Shown here: positions 61,104-64,000 of the stretch, piece by piece
Numbering within the stretch: position 1 is the first letter of the stretch
How the letters are laid out: each line of letters opens with the position of its first letter
DNA from: an uncultured cyanobacterium
GTDB lineage: Bacteria > Cyanobacteriota > Cyanobacteriia > Cyanobacteriales > CAWCAG01
Direction of reading: 5' to 3'
Assembly (NCBI GenBank): GCA_963803805.1
Contig: CAWDOD010000007.1
Span: forward strand, 160,001 to 224,000
Length of the DNA stretch: 64,000 nucleotides
The notes under the pieces: model-generated
Databases searched by the model: none
Told to the model about the DNA's origin: nothing
The model's input: the letters and a program-made list of their open reading frames with translations, nothing else
Position numbers and translations under genes: made by a program

Positions 61104-62153
61104 ATGGTTGATATACAGATATTGATGGTGAATACTCTTACTATGCACCGATTACAAAAGCGATATAAAAGACTGCTTTTGTTTTTTCCTAAGCTAGTTT
61201 TTCCTTTCGCTGTGTTAGCTTCTTTGGGGCTTCATGGTGCGGTTTTGATGTTGCCCTTAGAAGAGAAGCCAGAGGAAGAAGTTGTTGAAGAAGAGTTAAT
61301 TGAAGATGTTCCCATTGCAATTTTCGATGCTCCTTCTGATGCAGAAACTAAACCTAATAATAAAGAAATACCATTGCCAGCTTTTCCTTCTCCTCCTCGC
61401 AAAACGGTTTCTCCTGTTCAGCCTACACCAGTTAAGGAAGAAGTTGTTACTGAACCAACTGAGGTTGAAACAGTTCCTGATTTAGATAAAAAAGACGATT
61501 CATCTACAAATAAGTCTAATTCCAAAGCCCCAATTAGTTCAGATTCAGAAGAGGATAATGGAAATGAATCTGATGACGATGGGGGAGATAGTGGTAAAAA
61601 ACAAGTAGATAAAGAGGCTAAGACAAAAGCAGAACAATTTGTAAATAACTTTGCTCCTACTGATTCTACAGGAGTAGAAAAACCATATTTTTTTGAAGCA
61701 TATATTAGATCTAAAATAGACCCTTTGAAACAATCAAAGAAAGAGAAGGAAAAGTCAAAAGAGCATATACAAGAATTAGAAAATCAGATACGAGAATTAG
61801 AAAATCAGATACGAGAATTAGAAAATCAGATACGAGAATTAGAAAATCAGATAAAATTATTTTTCCCTCTCTTTGATAAAGATATGACGGAGAAAAATTG
61901 GTTTGAAGATCGAGAAGCAAGTATCATTAACATAGGATTAGTTCCTGAAAAAACTCTAAAAGAAGTATTTGAAAAAGAGATAGCTCCTCAACTAAAAGCT
62001 AACGGTTCTACTTATGAAAAAAAGGATGAAGGATATGCAGGAGGCGATCTGTATCAAATAAAAGATACTGATTATTATATTGTTGTAGTTCAACTAAAAG
62101 GTCCTGGTAAATTAGTTCTTTGGGCATATTTAGACAAATCTTCTCTAGAATAA
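61104..62153 (+). CDS. Membrane-anchored hypothetical protein with Pro/acidic linker
   Basis: ASLGLHGAVL anchor (TonB-like SxxLH), low-complexity linker, C-terminal YAGGDLYQI. Start codon uncertain. Confidence 0.7.
   Translation: MVDIQILMVNTLTMHRLQKRYKRLLLFFPKLVFPFAVLASLGLHGAVLMLPLEEKPEEEVVEEELIEDVPIAIFDAPSDAETKPNNKEIPLPAFPSPPRKTVSPVQPTPVKEEVVTEPTEVETVPDLDKKDDSSTNKSNSKAPISSDSEEDNGNESDDDGGDSGKKQVDKEAKTKAEQFVNNFAPTDSTGVEKPYFFEAYIRSKIDPLKQSKKEKEKSKEHIQELENQIRELENQIRELENQIRELENQIKLFFPLFDKDMTEKNWFEDREASIINIGLVPEKTLKEVFEKEIAPQLKANGSTYEKKDEGYAGGDLYQIKDTDYYIVVVQLKGPGKLVLWAYLDKSSLE
61773..61853 (+). repeat. Perfect 21-bp coding tandem repeat (ELENQIR, about 3.9 copies)
   Basis: GAATTAGAAAATCAGATACGA repeated at 61773, 61794, 61815 and 61836 (partial). 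Confidence 0.95.
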
Positions 62154-62397
62154 AAGACTAAATATTATTTGGTTTAGGTTGGGTTAGCCGTAAAGATATA
62201 TAGCAGGAAACACGACAATTTTTGTGTTGCCGTAACCTAACAAAAAACTACGCATTCAAAAGTTACCAAATATCAACTTATAATCTTTTAAAAGCTTGAT
62301 TTTTATGATGTGATCGCAAATTAGCAACCTTAAAAAGTTAATGGTTTCTCAAGAGAGTTTACTAAAAAACCAGGGATAACGTCGTATTACCAAAATA

Positions 62398-62871
62398 TTA
62401 AAAACCAGCGATCGCTCCTAAATTTCCTTGCACTGCCTTCAAATAATCAACTGGAGAAAGTAAAATCAAGGTTCCACGTACTCCAGCAGAAACAGTTACT
62501 TTCTCAAAAACTTCTATGGTTTCATCAACATAAACAGGATAATCTTTTTTACTAGCCAAAGCTGTTACTCCGCCGCGAATGTATCCTGTTAAAGATTGTA
62601 CTTCCTGGAGGGGAACCATTTCTACTTTGCGATCGCCTATTAATTTTGCTAAGGCTTTGAGGTTAAGGTAGGCATTTCCTGGTATAACAGCAAAATAGAT
62701 ATTATTGGTATTACTACGAACAACTAAAGTTTTGAATACTTGTTCCGGGGGAAAACCAAGTTTCTGGGCTGTAGTTTCTGCGGCGAGATCTTCAGTATCA
62801 ACCTCGTAATCAAGAAGTTGATAAGTAATACCAAGGTTATCTAATAATCGGACAGCGTTGGTTTTTTTCAT
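62398..62871 (-). CDS. ybaK: Cys-tRNA(Pro) deacylase
   Basis: KTNAVRLL, VFKTLV, TGYIRGG, VSAGVRG. Confidence 0.93.
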   Translation of the reverse strand: MKKTNAVRLLDNLGITYQLLDYEVDTEDLAAETTAQKLGFPPEQVFKTLVVRSNTNNIYFAVIPGNAYLNLKALAKLIGDRKVEMVPLQEVQSLTGYIRGGVTALASKKDYPVYVDETIEVFEKVTVSAGVRGTLILLSPVDYLKAVQGNLGAIAGF

Positions 62872-62980
62872 AAAATATCAACTCTCTCCACCTAAGTTGA
62901 GGTTAGTTTAAAACACATCTTATCTAAAAACCCAGGAATACTATGATAGATGTTTAATAATAAATAAGAATTGCTATATT

Positions 62981-63646
62981 ATGTGTTGGTTCCAATCATC
63001 TTATCCCCACTCCACTCCCCAGTTGCAACAATTGATGCAGCAAGTAGGCATTTCTAGTTATGAAGAACTTAGGAAAAAATCGGGAGTTGGAGAAAGGCAA
63101 ATTATCCGCTTGCGTTATGGATTAGTATTACAAACAAAGGCAGAAACTCTGGTCAAGTTAGCACAAACTTTACAAATATCTGTAGACGAATTAATTAAAG
63201 TTTTGTCCTCAAAACCTGTGGCGCAAGCATCAGCAATATCTCCAGGGACAAGGCAATTAAAACAGGAATATCAGCGTTTGCAAAAGCAAATGGCAAACCA
63301 AAAAGAAAGTTTGCAACAAGAGTTTCAACAACAGAGTCTGCAAACCCTAGAATCTTGGATGATTCAATGGCCTACTGCTGCTGCGGCTGTGGAGAATAAT
63401 CCTGAGTTGCCAGCTACAAGATTGTTGCCTTTAATTAAACCAGTAAGCCAACTTTTGCAACATTGGGGAGTTAAGGCGATCGCTTCTGTTGGGGAAGAAG
63501 TATCCTACAACCCCCAACAGCATCAACTAATGTCAGGAAAAGCCCAGGCAGGAGATACTGTTAAGGTGCGTTATATAGGCTATTCCTGGCAGAATAAGTT
63601 GCTTTATCGTGCTAAGGTAAGCCCTGTGGGAGAAGGGAGAAAGTAG
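62981..63646 (+). CDS. XRE-type HTH fused to a coiled coil and GrpE-like domain
   Basis: N-terminal HTH (ELRKKSGV...KLAQTLQISV); C-terminal VGEEVSYNPQQH...VRYIGY...LYRAKV. Confidence 0.8.
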   Translation: MCWFQSSYPHSTPQLQQLMQQVGISSYEELRKKSGVGERQIIRLRYGLVLQTKAETLVKLAQTLQISVDELIKVLSSKPVAQASAISPGTRQLKQEYQRLQKQMANQKESLQQEFQQQSLQTLESWMIQWPTAAAAVENNPELPATRLLPLIKPVSQLLQHWGVKAIASVGEEVSYNPQQHQLMSGKAQAGDTVKVRYIGYSWQNKLLYRAKVSPVGEGRK

Positions 63647-63700
63647 TCAGTTAAAGAATATACTATTTCCTTACTCCTAATTCGGCTTCCCCCTTGCCCA

Positions 63701-64000
63701 CTAACGAAAATTGTCAGGATTTAAGGTACGTCCAGGAGAAGAACTCTCGGAAGTAGAAGGGCGTAACATTGTACCTGTACCGCCATCCTTATAATCTAAG
63801 TAAGGTTTGAGGTTGATGCCTCTACTTCCTACATTGTTGTTACCCCCCAAGGTGGATAAATCTACCCCCAGGAGATCCCCTACAGGATTTAACCAATCGT
63901 TGTTACCATCTCCTGTATAGGTGTTCACTCCTTGAGTTGACTGCCCGCTATCAGCAACGGTTAGATTCTCAAAAACTAAATCCCTTACTACTTCAGGATT
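63701..64000 (-). CDS. C-terminal 99 aa of a gene entering from beyond the window
   Basis: Frame is open from the window edge (NPEVVRDLVFENLTV...) to the stop at 63701. Confidence 0.6.
   Translation of the reverse strand, partial: NPEVVRDLVFENLTVADSGQSTQGVNTYTGDGNNDWLNPVGDLLGVDLSTLGGNNNVGSRGINLKPYLDYKDGGTGTMLRPSTSESSSPGRTLNPDNFR

Noticed and set aside
1-64000. rRNA, tRNA, riboswitch or prophage
   Set aside because: None recognised by eye. A covariance-model search (Infernal/Rfam, tRNAscan-SE) would be needed to exclude small RNAs.

Overview
This is cyanobacterial chromosomal DNA, judged by roughly 30 HIP1 octamers (GCGATCGC), heptamer STRR-type repeats and typical cyanobacterial genes. The flanks (1-27 kb and 53.5-64 kb) are mostly housekeeping genes: rre1-like regulator, yraN, trmFO, metF, dnaX, nadK, dapL, recQ, ribBA, argC, murG, ybaK. 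They also hold an intact IS982, tandem LRR genes, an AAA_21/DUF4276 pair and several gene remnants. The centre (27.1-52 kb) is an accessory block with three parts. (1) A sigma-70-like factor, DUF1822, CHAT-CHASE2 and DUF928 operon plus a TPR-CHAT protease. (2) A TpsB/TpsA pair, a PEP-CTERM protein and a RAYT transposase with REP/REPIN-like repeats. (3) A 1266-aa signal-peptide-less subtilase/amidase/SH3b/CHAP protein, divergent from a GT4, M50 peptidase and HlyD operon that has no ABC ATPase. The main observation is a bipartite motif, GCRTAAAW-N13/14-CNWGAGAAS (4 of 5 copies also have TTGTRA 22 nt upstream). It lies in sense orientation in front of five transcription units of this block, including the sigma gene itself. 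This suggests one protease-gated sigma regulon controlling an unusual export system for a multi-catalytic cell-wall hydrolase. Four single-base frameshifts in otherwise intact genes are probably assembly errors. All family calls are from motif recognition, not database searches.
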